Shown here: positions 9,071-18,601 of the stretch, in pieces
Layout: every line of letters starts with the position of its first letter
How positions within the stretch are numbered: the first letter of the stretch is position 1
DNA from: a virus
Virus record (IMG/VR): IMGVR_UViG_3300022848_000777
Location: 110,751-174,750 of that record
Length of the DNA: 64,000 nt
Reading direction: 5' to 3' (one strand)
Notes under the pieces: model-generated
The model's input: the letters and a program-made list of their open reading frames with translations, nothing else
Database searches by the model: none
What the model was told of the DNA's origin: nothing
Translations under genes and position numbers: made by a program

Positions 9071-9862
9071 ATAGTACGGATTATTAAAAACTAAAATTAA
9101 ATAGAATGGAAATAAACAAAATATATAATGAAAATTGCCTTGATACAATGGCGAAAATGGAAGATAACTTTATTGACTTAATAGTTACATCACCACCTTA
9201 TTTTAATGCTAAAGAATATTCACAATATGATAGCGTTTCAGAATATATGAGACAAATGAAAGATATTTTCTTAGAAACTGAAAGGGTGATTAAAGAGGGT
9301 AGGATGTGTGTTATAAATATTAGCCCTGTACTTGTTGCTAGGGAAAAAAGAAGTAAACAAAGCTATAGAATACCATTACCTTATTATTTTGTGCCTATGA
9401 TGGAGGAAATAGGCTTTGAGTTTTTAGAGGACATTATATGGGAAAAGCCAGAAGGTGCTGCTGCAAATAGAAACGGTGGTTTTTTTAGGAGTAGAAAACC
9501 ATTAGCATACAAGCCTAATATAGTTACAGAATATATATTAGTATTTAAGAAAAAGTCAAATTTATTAATAGATAAGTATTTAAAAAACAATAGCCTTGTT
9601 AGTGATGGTTATGAAAGGAGTAATATTTGGAAAATACAACCACAAACGAAAAGTAAGCGCCCAGCACCTTTCCCTGATGAAATTGCTGACAAATTAATAA
9701 AATACTATTCGTATGAAAATGATTTAGTTTATGACCCGTTTATGGGAAGTGGAACAACTGCAAAGATGGCTAAACTAAATAATAGAGATTTCATAGGTAG
9801 TGAAATGGTTGAGGATTACTGTGTAATTGCAAATGAACGATTAAAATAGTATTATGCACAAC
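9064..9862 (+). mobile_element. cassette I (DNA methyltransferase)
   Basis: GTTGTGCATAGTAC ... GTATTATGCACAAC, 13/14 inverted match. Confidence 0.85.
9106..9849 (+). CDS. beta-class N4-C/N6-A DNA methyltransferase
   Basis: catalytic TSPPY near the N-terminus; SAM-binding DPFMGSGTT near the C-terminus. Confidence 0.93.
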   Translation: MEINKIYNENCLDTMAKMEDNFIDLIVTSPPYFNAKEYSQYDSVSEYMRQMKDIFLETERVIKEGRMCVINISPVLVAREKRSKQSYRIPLPYYFVPMMEEIGFEFLEDIIWEKPEGAAANRNGGFFRSRKPLAYKPNIVTEYILVFKKKSNLLIDKYLKNNSLVSDGYERSNIWKIQPQTKSKRPAPFPDEIADKLIKYYSYENDLVYDPFMGSGTTAKMAKLNNRDFIGSEMVEDYCVIANERLK

Positions 9863-9908
9863 ACAAGGCTAAACTGTCGTTTTCAATACAGTTTAGTTAA
9901 TGTTATCT
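9856..9908 (+). repeat. attC-like hairpin site
   Basis: GCACAAC...GGCTAAACTGT / ACAGTTTAGTT...GTTATCT. Confidence 0.75.
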
Positions 9909-9933
9909 TTTGTTAATAAGTAAACTAAAAATT

Positions 9934-10290
9934 ATGAAAACAATTAATTTATTTGGCAAAGAAATGCCAATTGAGAAAGAATACGAAGCAGCAGTTTGTG
10001 TATGGGAAACGATTGGTTCAAGTATTGATGATTATGAAGATGTTAAAATAAAACTAGGACAGAAAATATATAATATTAAAATATTGGAAACTGGTAGTAT
10101 TATTTTTACAACATCACCAGATAGTAAAATTAATATGGTGACAATGTTTCCTCAAATGTTTGGATTTCCAAGCGATGAGCAACTAATTGAAGTTAAAAAT
10201 TTAGAAGATATTATAAGCAAATCACATGATAAAATAAATGATATTTATAATAGTATTGAACGAACTGGTTATACTGATATACCGTTTTAA
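9934..10290 (+). CDS. hypothetical protein
   Basis: ATG at 9934 after an A-rich leader. Confidence 0.7.
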   Translation: MKTINLFGKEMPIEKEYEAAVCVWETIGSSIDDYEDVKIKLGQKIYNIKILETGSIIFTTSPDSKINMVTMFPQMFGFPSDEQLIEVKNLEDIISKSHDKINDIYNSIERTGYTDIPF

Positions 10291-10301
10291 AACTAAATAT
10301 T

Positions 10302-10502
10302 ATGAATGAAGATATTATAAAATTAAAAAACTTGATTGAAGAGTATGAAGAACTTTGTGAAGAATCTGAACAAATGAGCAAAGATTGGGAAAGTGGTTCT
10401 GAATGTGAATCGGCAATGGCAGACCCTAGCGACAAATATATGAAGGGTATGCAGATTGAAGAAAAGCGCAATGAAATTAAGAGTGTCTTAAATACACTCT
10501 AA
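10302..10502 (+). CDS. acidic hypothetical protein
   Basis: 66 aa; stop codon in CTCTAACG. Confidence 0.7.
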   Translation: MNEDIIKLKNLIEEYEELCEESEQMSKDWESGSECESAMADPSDKYMKGMQIEEKRNEIKSVLNTL

Positions 10503-10534
10503 CGTTGAGTATAACAATTAAAAATAGATAAATT

Positions 10535-11476
10535 ATGAGTGTAAATTTTTTAAGTAAGGCTAACAGACAATTAATAATCGACCAATACTCAAGTAATAAA
10601 CCACGTAAACAAGTTCAAGATGAACTAAGTGTATTTCTTAAAGTAACTCGTAGAACTATTAGGAGATACGCTAAAGAATTAAACTTAGGAATTAAAGCAT
10701 CTCAATTAGTAGATGATAAAATTATGGTTTACGATATTGAGACAAGTCGAACAGAGGCAACCGTTTGGTGGACTGGTAAACAGTACATAAACCATAAGCA
10801 ATTAAGAACAGAACCTAAAATGATTAGTGTTGCTTGGAAGTGGCTAGGTCAAGACGAAGTGCATTATCTAACTTGGGATAAAAACCATTGCGACAAGAAA
10901 ATGTTAGAATCGTTTTTAAAGCATTATAATAAGGCATCTATGGTAATAGGTCAGAACAATAATTCATTTGATAATAAGTGGGTTAATACACGTGCAGCAA
11001 AGCATAAGTTACGAGTTGATAGATATGTAAAGTCCTTTGATATTTACAGAATGGCAAAACGATATTTTAGATTACCAAGTTTCTCAATGGCTTATATGGC
11101 TAAGTACTTTGGATTAACATTAAAGCAATCTCACGAAGGTACACATATGTGGGATATGATTGAGTACGGTAGTAAAGCCGAACAAGCTGAGTACTTAGGT
11201 AAAATGGTGGATTATAACAAAGGGGATATTGTAACTACTGAGGAATTGTATATGACTTTAAAACCTTATTTTGGTAGTGTAACTAATAATGCAGTTAAGC
11301 GAGGTTTACCTAAATGGGCGTGTCCTGTGAGTGGTTGTGTAGAAGTTAGGTTATTAAAAACTATTTTTACAGAGCAAGGAACAGTACAAAGGATTTTGTT
11401 TTGTGATGAGAGCCAACACCAATATAAGGTAAGTAATAAGTCTTATATGGATTTCTTACAACGTAAAATGATATAA
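10535..11476 (+). CDS. RNase H-like (DEDD) 3'-5' exonuclease with N-terminal HTH-like segment
   Basis: VYDIET, GQNNNSFD and YNKGD motifs; C-terminal Cys cluster. Confidence 0.8.
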   Translation: MSVNFLSKANRQLIIDQYSSNKPRKQVQDELSVFLKVTRRTIRRYAKELNLGIKASQLVDDKIMVYDIETSRTEATVWWTGKQYINHKQLRTEPKMISVAWKWLGQDEVHYLTWDKNHCDKKMLESFLKHYNKASMVIGQNNNSFDNKWVNTRAAKHKLRVDRYVKSFDIYRMAKRYFRLPSFSMAYMAKYFGLTLKQSHEGTHMWDMIEYGSKAEQAEYLGKMVDYNKGDIVTTEELYMTLKPYFGSVTNNAVKRGLPKWACPVSGCVEVRLLKTIFTEQGTVQRILFCDESQHQYKVSNKSYMDFLQRKMI

Positions 11477-11490
11477 AATAATATAGTATT

Positions 11491-11521
11491 AAAACCCGAT
11501 AATTAACAATATCGGGTTTTT
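11491..11521 (+). terminator. intrinsic terminator
   Basis: AAAACCCGATA...TATCGGGTTTTT. Confidence 0.75.
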
Positions 11522-11598
11522 AAATGTTAAATTTGTTTATATGGTTTATTTGTTGTAAATTTGAGATAAAGAACACAGAACGAATGTGAATAATCAAA

Positions 11599-11889
11599 AT
11601 GATGAAGTGGATAAAAATAAATAAAGACACTAAGATAAAACCATATGTTAAGATAGCATTTTTAACAAACCACATTATGTTTCCAGATAATGCTTATTTT
11701 GGAATATATAGTGATGTAACAAAAGAATATCATACTGATGGCAAAACCTTCGAAAGAGATGAAGTTACTCACTTCTTCTATGTGGAGAAGGTTGGTGTGT
11801 TGGACTTGAGTATTATGCAAAAGCAGTTTAATGAAATACTAGATAATCTTAGCCAAAAAGACATTAAAGATGGGGCTGATGGGGGTTAA
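11599..11889 (+). CDS. hypothetical protein
   Basis: 96 aa; promoter-like TAAATTTG upstream. Confidence 0.7.
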   Translation: MMKWIKINKDTKIKPYVKIAFLTNHIMFPDNAYFGIYSDVTKEYHTDGKTFERDEVTHFFYVEKVGVLDLSIMQKQFNEILDNLSQKDIKDGADGG

Positions 11890-12118
11890 TAAAACTAATT
11901 AATTATGGGAATGGATATAGACTTTATAGCAGCCGACCAAGCAATAGATAAGTTGAAAAAGAAACTTAGTAGTATTGACCACGGAGAAAGAGAAAAGATA
12001 GCAGACGAGATAATACTTGCAGTAGATAAAATATGTAAAGAAAACTAATGAATAATTAATAAATATGTATTTATAGGTAGATGTTAATAAACAATCTGAT
12101 AACCTAAAACCCTATACT

Positions 12119-13072
12119 ATGATAACTCAACTACCTGATGAATCAAAAATTCCCAACATTCCAAACAAATATCAAAAAGCAGTAGACTTTTATATGGATG
12201 TAATCTATGATGATCGTGGGGATGGGAGAGGAAAGCTCGACCTATATCGACCCGCTAATGTAACAGGTGTAACCCCCTGTCTTATTTATATTCACGGTGG
12301 TGGTTTTGTTAGTGGTGATAAAAGTGCAATTATCCGATCAGCATTCAATGACTTACTTAAAAAATGCATTATGAGTGGTATCTCCATTATCTCAATAAAC
12401 TACACCCTCACTAACAAATTATCAGATTCTCAGGGAATTGGTAGAGCTATAGACTCGATTGGTGAGGCATTAAAAGAAATTAAACTTAGTACTGATATAT
12501 TACAGATTGACCCAGACAATATAGGATATTGGGGATCGAGTGCTGGTGGATATGCCGCAATGTGGTATTCTATGAAAGAATTTGGAACCATTGAAAACCC
12601 AATCAAAGGTAAGTTCGCCATTTCGTTCAAACCAAATGCTACAATGAATTTATTCAAAATTGAAGAATTGGGATTACTGGGGCCTGATGTGACATTAAAT
12701 AGTGTATTACAAGATGCTGAATTAGCAGAGGCGTGTGTTCCTTGGTTTGGATTAAACGCAATTCCACAATCGGTAACGGATTTACAACCAGGTTTGGGGA
12801 TTATGGAAAAGTACGATCCATATTTTCAAGAAATGTTCACATCAACGGCAAGTCCATTCTATTGTGTTATTGATGCTCCTGATGAGTTACCTGCTGAAAA
12901 AGTAGAGTACGTTCATAACCCAGCTAATGGTGCTGCATTAGAAAAAGCATATCGTGAAGCTGGAGCCACTGCATATGTATGGGGTACTAATAATATAAAT
13001 CCAGTAGATTCATTACCACCAACAGGAAGACCTGGATTAGTAGAATGGATGTTGGGGCAGTTTAACATATAA
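12119..13072 (+). CDS. alpha/beta-hydrolase (HSL/BD-FAE-like esterase)
   Basis: LDLYRP, IHGGGF oxyanion motif, GSSAGG nucleophile elbow, late His (YVHNP). Confidence 0.85.
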   Translation: MITQLPDESKIPNIPNKYQKAVDFYMDVIYDDRGDGRGKLDLYRPANVTGVTPCLIYIHGGGFVSGDKSAIIRSAFNDLLKKCIMSGISIISINYTLTNKLSDSQGIGRAIDSIGEALKEIKLSTDILQIDPDNIGYWGSSAGGYAAMWYSMKEFGTIENPIKGKFAISFKPNATMNLFKIEELGLLGPDVTLNSVLQDAELAEACVPWFGLNAIPQSVTDLQPGLGIMEKYDPYFQEMFTSTASPFYCVIDAPDELPAEKVEYVHNPANGAALEKAYREAGATAYVWGTNNINPVDSLPPTGRPGLVEWMLGQFNI

Positions 13073-13091
13073 TATAAAACACAAAAATAAA

Positions 13092-14192
13092 ATGGCAAAA
13101 TTCGGTTGGAATACAAAGGGAACTCTAGGAGTTCCAAAATTGAAATCTTTTAGTGATTTTCTTAAAGATAATGATATAAAAGATATATGGTTACGAATAC
13201 AAGGTGGTACTATATCTCAAAAAGAATATAACGTAGATTGGAAAGATTCAGATATTCAAGCATGGGGGGATTTATATAAAGCAAATCCAACAGTTAATCT
13301 AGTGTTTGTTATTAATATGAATGAACTTCCTGAGAACATAAAATTACTTTTTAATAGATTTTTAGCAGTAGGATGTAAGTTTGCTTTTATTGAATTTGGA
13401 AATGAGCAGTATCAACATAAATATAGACTTTCTAAAGACAAACCCGAAGTGACACCCCGTACAAAAGCAATGACTCCTGAAAAGTATTTAAATTTATGCG
13501 ATCAATACCTTGCACAATTCATTGGATATGATTTAGCGTTTCAACTCGCACCAAACAAAGGTACAAACATAGATCAGTTTTACAATAACTGGAATGATGT
13601 AGTTCTTAATTACACAAAGAATATGCCTACAGTAAATTATACGATGCACGTGTATGCAAATGCTGGCTTTCGTTGGGAATTAATTTCTGAAATACAAGAA
13701 AAAATTAAAAATAAGTTCTTAGCTATTACTGAATTTGGTGCAGCCGATGCTGCTGATGGTGAGCAAAATGATCTATCAGAAGAAGAAGTTTTTAAAATGA
13801 TTCAAGATGTTGCTAATATTCTAAGCGAAGAATTAAGAATTCAAGACATTGCATTTGATCAAGTACTATGGGTTCCTTGGGAAACTACTGCAATTGCTTT
13901 TAAAGATGGACAACTTACACCTAAAGGACAATTAGTTTTAGATGCATTTACACCAGAAGTTGTTGATGTAGAGGAACCAGTAGAACCAACTATTATTGTA
14001 TTAACTTCATATTGGTCAACTTATCAAAGAACTTTTTGGGGTAGATTAAAAGTATATCAAGAATTAAGCTTTTCAGATGATTCCGTTATCCATAACGTTG
14101 TTAAATTTAATAGAAGAAAGGGTAACGGTAAAGTAATAACTAATAAGCATTTAGGGAAAACATTTGAAGAAATAGAAAAATTAATATCGTAA
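13092..14192 (+). CDS. putative clan GH-A glycoside hydrolase
   Basis: acid/base EFGNE, MHVY, nucleophile ITEFG. Confidence 0.65.
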   Translation: MAKFGWNTKGTLGVPKLKSFSDFLKDNDIKDIWLRIQGGTISQKEYNVDWKDSDIQAWGDLYKANPTVNLVFVINMNELPENIKLLFNRFLAVGCKFAFIEFGNEQYQHKYRLSKDKPEVTPRTKAMTPEKYLNLCDQYLAQFIGYDLAFQLAPNKGTNIDQFYNNWNDVVLNYTKNMPTVNYTMHVYANAGFRWELISEIQEKIKNKFLAITEFGAADAADGEQNDLSEEEVFKMIQDVANILSEELRIQDIAFDQVLWVPWETTAIAFKDGQLTPKGQLVLDAFTPEVVDVEEPVEPTIIVLTSYWSTYQRTFWGRLKVYQELSFSDDSVIHNVVKFNRRKGNGKVITNKHLGKTFEEIEKLIS

Positions 14193-14199
14193 ATAAACC

Positions 14200-14299
14200 T
14201 TAACAATTCCTTAACATTAAAAGCTTGGACATCCCAAGCTTTTTTCGTATCTTTATTTTGTTGGGTTGGGGAAGTAACCTCACCAATTTAAAATTCAAA
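14200..14299 (+). promoter_or_regulatory. TTAACA-repeat promoter plus conserved leader
   Basis: TTAACA 14200/14211, CTTG 14224, TATCTTTA 14248; about 50 bp identical to the copy starting near 18640. Confidence 0.75.
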
Positions 14300-14302
14300 G
14301 AT

Positions 14303-14470
14303 ATGACATTTTATTTAGCTAATTATGATGGTAAATCGTACTTGAAGCGTGGTAAACGTGGGGTTATAACTGAGGTAACTACTGGAAAAGAGTTCACCAG
14401 TTTAGGTGAAAATCCAATTTCATATGGAATGGCAATGGCATTTGAAACAGCAGTAAAACTTAAAATATAA
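14303..14470 (+). CDS. 55-aa hypothetical protein
   Basis: likely ATG lies after the leader; the track start overlaps the promoter. Confidence 0.65.
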   Translation: MTFYLANYDGKSYLKRGKRGVITEVTTGKEFTSLGENPISYGMAMAFETAVKLKI

Positions 14471-14474
14471 TATT

Positions 14475-14870
14475 ATGAGAACGATAGTAACTAACAAAAT
14501 TCAATCAGTGGATACCAGACCACCAAGATTAATTTATTCTTTATTGGAGTGTGAAACTGTTTTTCGTGAGTATAAGAAAACCGCATGGTATCGATCTGAC
14601 ATCAAAGAGGGGTTTTACAAAGTAGAGATATTTCACAGTGGGCAATCTTATTTAGGAATCGAAAATCCGCTCGGGGAAAACGAATCTGTTTATTTTGATA
14701 AAATCAAAAGAAAAGTTATGAGAAAACCAACTACTATTGTTACTATGGTATCAGGCAAATCTTATACTTTTTCGTTTTTGACGGAAACCGATGCAAAGGA
14801 TTACTCAGATTTTGTAAAAAAATCCATCTCCAATGGAGATATTACGTTTTTGGAATTACCTAAAAGATAA
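14475..14870 (+). CDS. hypothetical protein
   Basis: 131 aa, operonic. Confidence 0.7.
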   Translation: MRTIVTNKIQSVDTRPPRLIYSLLECETVFREYKKTAWYRSDIKEGFYKVEIFHSGQSYLGIENPLGENESVYFDKIKRKVMRKPTTIVTMVSGKSYTFSFLTETDAKDYSDFVKKSISNGDITFLELPKR

Positions 14871-14876
14871 TGTGTT

Positions 14877-15158
14877 ATGAAAAATCAAACAAATAAAATA
14901 GATTTAAGAAACTGTGAGACTGGGGATTTGTTATTTAGCTCATTAGGTGCTAGATTGGTGTATATTCGACCTACTAATGATGATGAGTACTTAGATCACT
15001 TAGTTAAGTATATCAATATTCCAAATGTGAAATGTGGTTATAACTGTTTTGGAACTAGAACACATGATGGATTCACTTTCGCAAAGAATAGAAAGCCCGA
15101 AACTGATCACGATATTATTGAAGTAATTAAAGTAAAGGACTTATTTGGTAAAAATTAA
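14877..15158 (+). CDS. hypothetical protein
   Basis: 93 aa, operonic. Confidence 0.7.
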   Translation: MKNQTNKIDLRNCETGDLLFSSLGARLVYIRPTNDDEYLDHLVKYINIPNVKCGYNCFGTRTHDGFTFAKNRKPETDHDIIEVIKVKDLFGKN

Positions 15159-15163
15159 AATAT

Positions 15164-15691
15164 ATGAAAAAATTAAGAAAATTAAAAGTGGGTATGTTAG
15201 TAGCATCAACTAGACCACTTAGGGAATGTGGGGATCGGTATTGCATTGGAACTGTTTTTAGTATAACATCCAATTTTATTATGATAGATGATGTTTCATC
15301 TGGAGAATCAATATGCCGTAGATTGCCCATAGTTTATACGCGTGTATTGAAGAAACTCAGTACTAAGAAATTCGCACGACGATTGTGTGATTCTTTGGTT
15401 GATAATCAACCGATTGGGGTAGATTTGGGTGAACTTACTGTAATTGAAGATGAAATTCCTAAATTACAATCAACTTTAGCGGATTCATTTCAAAAGTATA
15501 CTGATCGGAATATTGGAGTCTCTATGGACTCAGATAGACTTGGTGATGGTAGTGGTGGGTGGATTGAGATTAAAAAAGATGATATTACATTTGTCATCAG
15601 TTTTGATGGTGATGGTAAAGAAGTGGATGGAATGGCAGTTTTTAAGGATACTGTCGAAAGTGTTAGTACTGATGTAGTTTATAAAATGTAA
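15164..15691 (+). CDS. hypothetical protein
   Basis: 175 aa, operonic. Confidence 0.7.
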   Translation: MKKLRKLKVGMLVASTRPLRECGDRYCIGTVFSITSNFIMIDDVSSGESICRRLPIVYTRVLKKLSTKKFARRLCDSLVDNQPIGVDLGELTVIEDEIPKLQSTLADSFQKYTDRNIGVSMDSDRLGDGSGGWIEIKKDDITFVISFDGDGKEVDGMAVFKDTVESVSTDVVYKM

Positions 15692-15701
15692 AAATAGCAA
15701 A

Positions 15702-16016
15702 ATGAAAAAACGTAAATTAATTGAAGTAGATCAAGAATGTGGTGTTGTTTGTGATAATCCTGTTTGTGATTTTGAAATCAAAAACGAAACTGGAGACCCG
15801 AATGTCGATATAGATATGTATCTAAATGTACCTTGCCCTCGATGTGGTGATAACTTACTAACAGAGGGTGATCTATACCGATACAAGAAATTTTTGAGAG
15901 TTATTAATTTTATAAACAAATGGTTCAGTTGGTTGGTAATATTCTCAAGTGGTAAAAATTATAAAGAAGTTAAGGTGTCGGTGCATAATGAAATAAAATT
16001 AGAAATCGAGAAGTAA
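15702..16016 (+). CDS. zinc-ribbon protein
   Basis: CDNPVC...CPRCG. Confidence 0.7.
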   Translation: MKKRKLIEVDQECGVVCDNPVCDFEIKNETGDPNVDIDMYLNVPCPRCGDNLLTEGDLYRYKKFLRVINFINKWFSWLVIFSSGKNYKEVKVSVHNEIKLEIEK

Positions 16017-16017
16017 T

Positions 16018-16073
16018 TTAACAATTTATTAACATATCATATTTGGATATTACAACTATTGTTCTTATATTGT
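16018..16073 (+). promoter_or_regulatory. TTAACA-repeat promoter
   Basis: TTAACA 16018/16029, TTTG 16042, TATATTGT 16066. Confidence 0.7.
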
Positions 16074-16109
16074 TTATGTAATGATTAATAACCCTCTAAA
16101 GATAAATAA

Positions 16110-16367
16110 ATGACCACAGTAAAAGAAATGAGTAAATGGTTAAAACAATTCCCTGATGAAACTGAGGTTAAAGTTGGGATTCAAACCAATGGTGGGAATT
16201 GGGAACCCTTCGGCCCCGTTAGTTTTGAGGATATAAATATCACATCTGAGGAAAATAACTCAGATGGTACTGGTTGGGAATTTTTTGATTCGACTCAAAA
16301 TAGGTTCATAAAAAACGACCATCCATTATTTGGTAAAAAAATACTATTCATTGGTGAATCTTGTTAA
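16110..16367 (+). CDS. hypothetical protein
   Basis: MTTVKEMSKWLKQFPDETEV, a common phage N-terminal pattern. Confidence 0.75.
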   Translation: MTTVKEMSKWLKQFPDETEVKVGIQTNGGNWEPFGPVSFEDINITSEENNSDGTGWEFFDSTQNRFIKNDHPLFGKKILFIGESC

Positions 16368-16694
16368 ATAAAAAATAAATTAATATGGTAGATCAAAAAG
16401 ATTTTGAAGCATTAATAATTGTGGTATCATTTGTATGTACAATTATGTATGTTATAGCGTCGGCATACTTACTAGGACTTGCTATTAAGTACATTCCACA
16501 GTTGGGTGATATTAAGAAAAAAGAAGATGATATTTAAAATATAAATATATTATGAAGGGATTAAATTTAATTGATGTAATTGGAACGTGTGGTTTAATCG
16601 CAATCACAATGGCATTGATTTATTTCGATAAATCAGGGGCTTGGTTCCCTATTGCAATATTAGGAATCGTAACAATTTTTAATAAAGAATAAAT

Positions 16695-16946
16695 ATGAGT
16701 CCAATTGCTGTATTTGTATATCGAATGAAGCGAGTTGGTATTGATGTTAAACTTATAGGGAATCTCCCTTGGATCTACATCAACGAAATTAATGGAAAGA
16801 TTGTAACTGAAAAGTATCAAGGTGATCATGGATTTACTTTAGCCCTTGGATCAATCAGAGAAGCGGGGAAAACTAAATTCACAAATATATCCAAAATTTT
16901 CAATCTAATTAGAAAATATCGTAAGTATGAAAAATGTAAGAGTTAA
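16695..16946 (+). CDS. hypothetical protein
   Basis: 83 aa GNLPWIYINEING. Confidence 0.75.
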   Translation: MSPIAVFVYRMKRVGIDVKLIGNLPWIYINEINGKIVTEKYQGDHGFTLALGSIREAGKTKFTNISKIFNLIRKYRKYEKCKS

Positions 16947-17268
16947 TGTGGTAACACAAGCCTATGAAAATTACAATCCAGATCACTCAGATGAATTTCC
17001 GAATGATGTGTGGAAACCTAAAGGTTTTCAAACATTCCAAGTTGATTTAGATAATGATGATGTGTTATTCACTGGCATTAATGTACTTATAAGTGCAATT
17101 AAAGATTCTATCAAAGATAAATCTGATGAGCATTGGAGATATACGTATATCAAACATGAAGTTCAGTGGACATCTGCTATAGAACTATCATCTGAGGTAA
17201 TTACTGAAAAATTACGTGAACATTATGAATTAGAGCGATCCATTGCGAATTCATCAGAAAATAATTAA
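16927..17268 (+). CDS. hypothetical protein
   Basis: 113 aa TQAYENY...WKPKG. Confidence 0.75.
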   Translation: MKNVRVNVVTQAYENYNPDHSDEFPNDVWKPKGFQTFQVDLDNDDVLFTGINVLISAIKDSIKDKSDEHWRYTYIKHEVQWTSAIELSSEVITEKLREHYELERSIANSSENN

Positions 17269-17286
17269 AATAAACTATACATAATA

Positions 17287-17661
17287 ATGAAAAATTTAAT
17301 ATTAATTGCAAGTATTTTACTAATAAGTACCATCTCACCTGCCCAATCATTTCAAAATTTATGTGAGAAGAATAAGACCAAGTACACTTTAATTATTCCA
17401 GATTCAACATTTCAATTATCCCTTTTGAGGGATACGATAGATAGCCCTAGTGGGTTTTTCAAAGAAAAAGGTAAAATTGAAGTAAGTTATTGTAGAAACT
17501 CTATGGATTTGATTATTGCATTTGAGTTTAATAGAATGTACATAACATTACCATATAAATACCAATCAAAGAAATTGAAGTTGATATTGTTAAATGGTGA
17601 TATAGTTCAAAAAAATGACACTACAATATCATATAGAACCCCACCAAAGGGAAAATTTTAA
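17287..17661 (+). CDS. secreted hypothetical protein
   Basis: signal peptide MKNLILIASILLISTISPA|Q. Confidence 0.7.
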   Translation: MKNLILIASILLISTISPAQSFQNLCEKNKTKYTLIIPDSTFQLSLLRDTIDSPSGFFKEKGKIEVSYCRNSMDLIIAFEFNRMYITLPYKYQSKKLKLILLNGDIVQKNDTTISYRTPPKGKF

Positions 17662-17666
17662 ATTAA

Positions 17667-18260
17667 ATGGAAATAAATAATATCGAAGTTGCGAATCACT
17701 TTCTAAAATTCAGATCGGATGATGATTTTTATTATCTACAGATTCTACAGAGGAAAAAAGAAAACCCTGAATTGGGATCTAATAGTAGAGTGATTAAAAA
17801 CTACTATATCAATAGTTTAGATTATCTTAACCGAAGGTATGATAGTGAGATTATCCCACTATGTAAGCATTTTAATGCTAGAGCAATGCTACGTCTAAAC
17901 GTTCGTAGTTATCGCAAAGTTGCATATAAATCTATGCAAAATATTGCTAACTCAATGGCTAATGGTGAATATGAGTTTATTAAAAAATCATATGATCGGG
18001 CGGTTGGAAACGGCCACAATGATGATGTGAAGAAATGGATTTTGGATATTGATGGTAATATTGATTCTGATTACATAAACCAACTACGTAAATATCTCAT
18101 AGATCAAAAGCCGTGGGATGATGATAAGGTTTTGTATCAAATGCCTACAAAAAATGGCATTCATTTAATTACAACACCATTTGATTTACGAAACTTTGGT
18201 GTGATTTATCCAGATATCGAAATCCATAAAGATAACCCAATTAATTTGTATATTCCTTAG
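17667..18260 (+). CDS. conserved phage protein, possible AEP/primase-like fold
   Basis: WILDID and TKNGIHL motifs. Confidence 0.55.
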   Translation: MEINNIEVANHFLKFRSDDDFYYLQILQRKKENPELGSNSRVIKNYYINSLDYLNRRYDSEIIPLCKHFNARAMLRLNVRSYRKVAYKSMQNIANSMANGEYEFIKKSYDRAVGNGHNDDVKKWILDIDGNIDSDYINQLRKYLIDQKPWDDDKVLYQMPTKNGIHLITTPFDLRNFGVIYPDIEIHKDNPINLYIP

Positions 18261-18316
18261 ATATAAAGATCATACAGTTAAATTACGAATACAATACACA
18301 TTAAAGAAAATAAAAT

Positions 18317-18601
18317 ATGAACGTACATGAATACCTGCTAACGACAGTTGGTGAAGAATGCTCAGAAACACACCACAGATGTAGTAAAGCTCTAAAATTC
18401 GGTTGGGATGAAGTTCAGATAGGTCAAACTAAGGCAAATAAGGATCGAATCCTTTATGAGTTTAATGATCTATTAGCTTCGATGGAAATGTTATACGAAA
18501 CTGATATTGAAGAATTGATAAACCGTGATCAGATGGATAAGAAGGCGAAAAAGATAAAACAATATATGAGATATTCAAGAAAACAAGGAACCTTAACATA
18601 A
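18317..18601 (+). CDS. MazG-like nucleotide pyrophosphohydrolase
   Basis: EECSE...SKALKFG...EFNDL. Confidence 0.65.
   Translation: MNVHEYLLTTVGEECSETHHRCSKALKFGWDEVQIGQTKANKDRILYEFNDLLASMEMLYETDIEELINRDQMDKKAKKIKQYMRYSRKQGTLT

Larger units (their letters stand above)
2697..10515 (+). mobile_element. integron-like gene-cassette array (attC-like sites; no integrase in window)
   Basis: 6 compact hairpin sites AAC/AAT...GTT; 8 units with cassette-specific terminal inverted repeats; many stop codons fall inside the TAAC box. Confidence 0.75.

Noticed and set aside
2697-10515. CRISPR array or simple terminators as an explanation for the repeats
   Set aside because: The repeats are not identical and the spacers are whole genes; the hairpins lack consistent U tails, and terminators would not explain the unit-specific end complementarity
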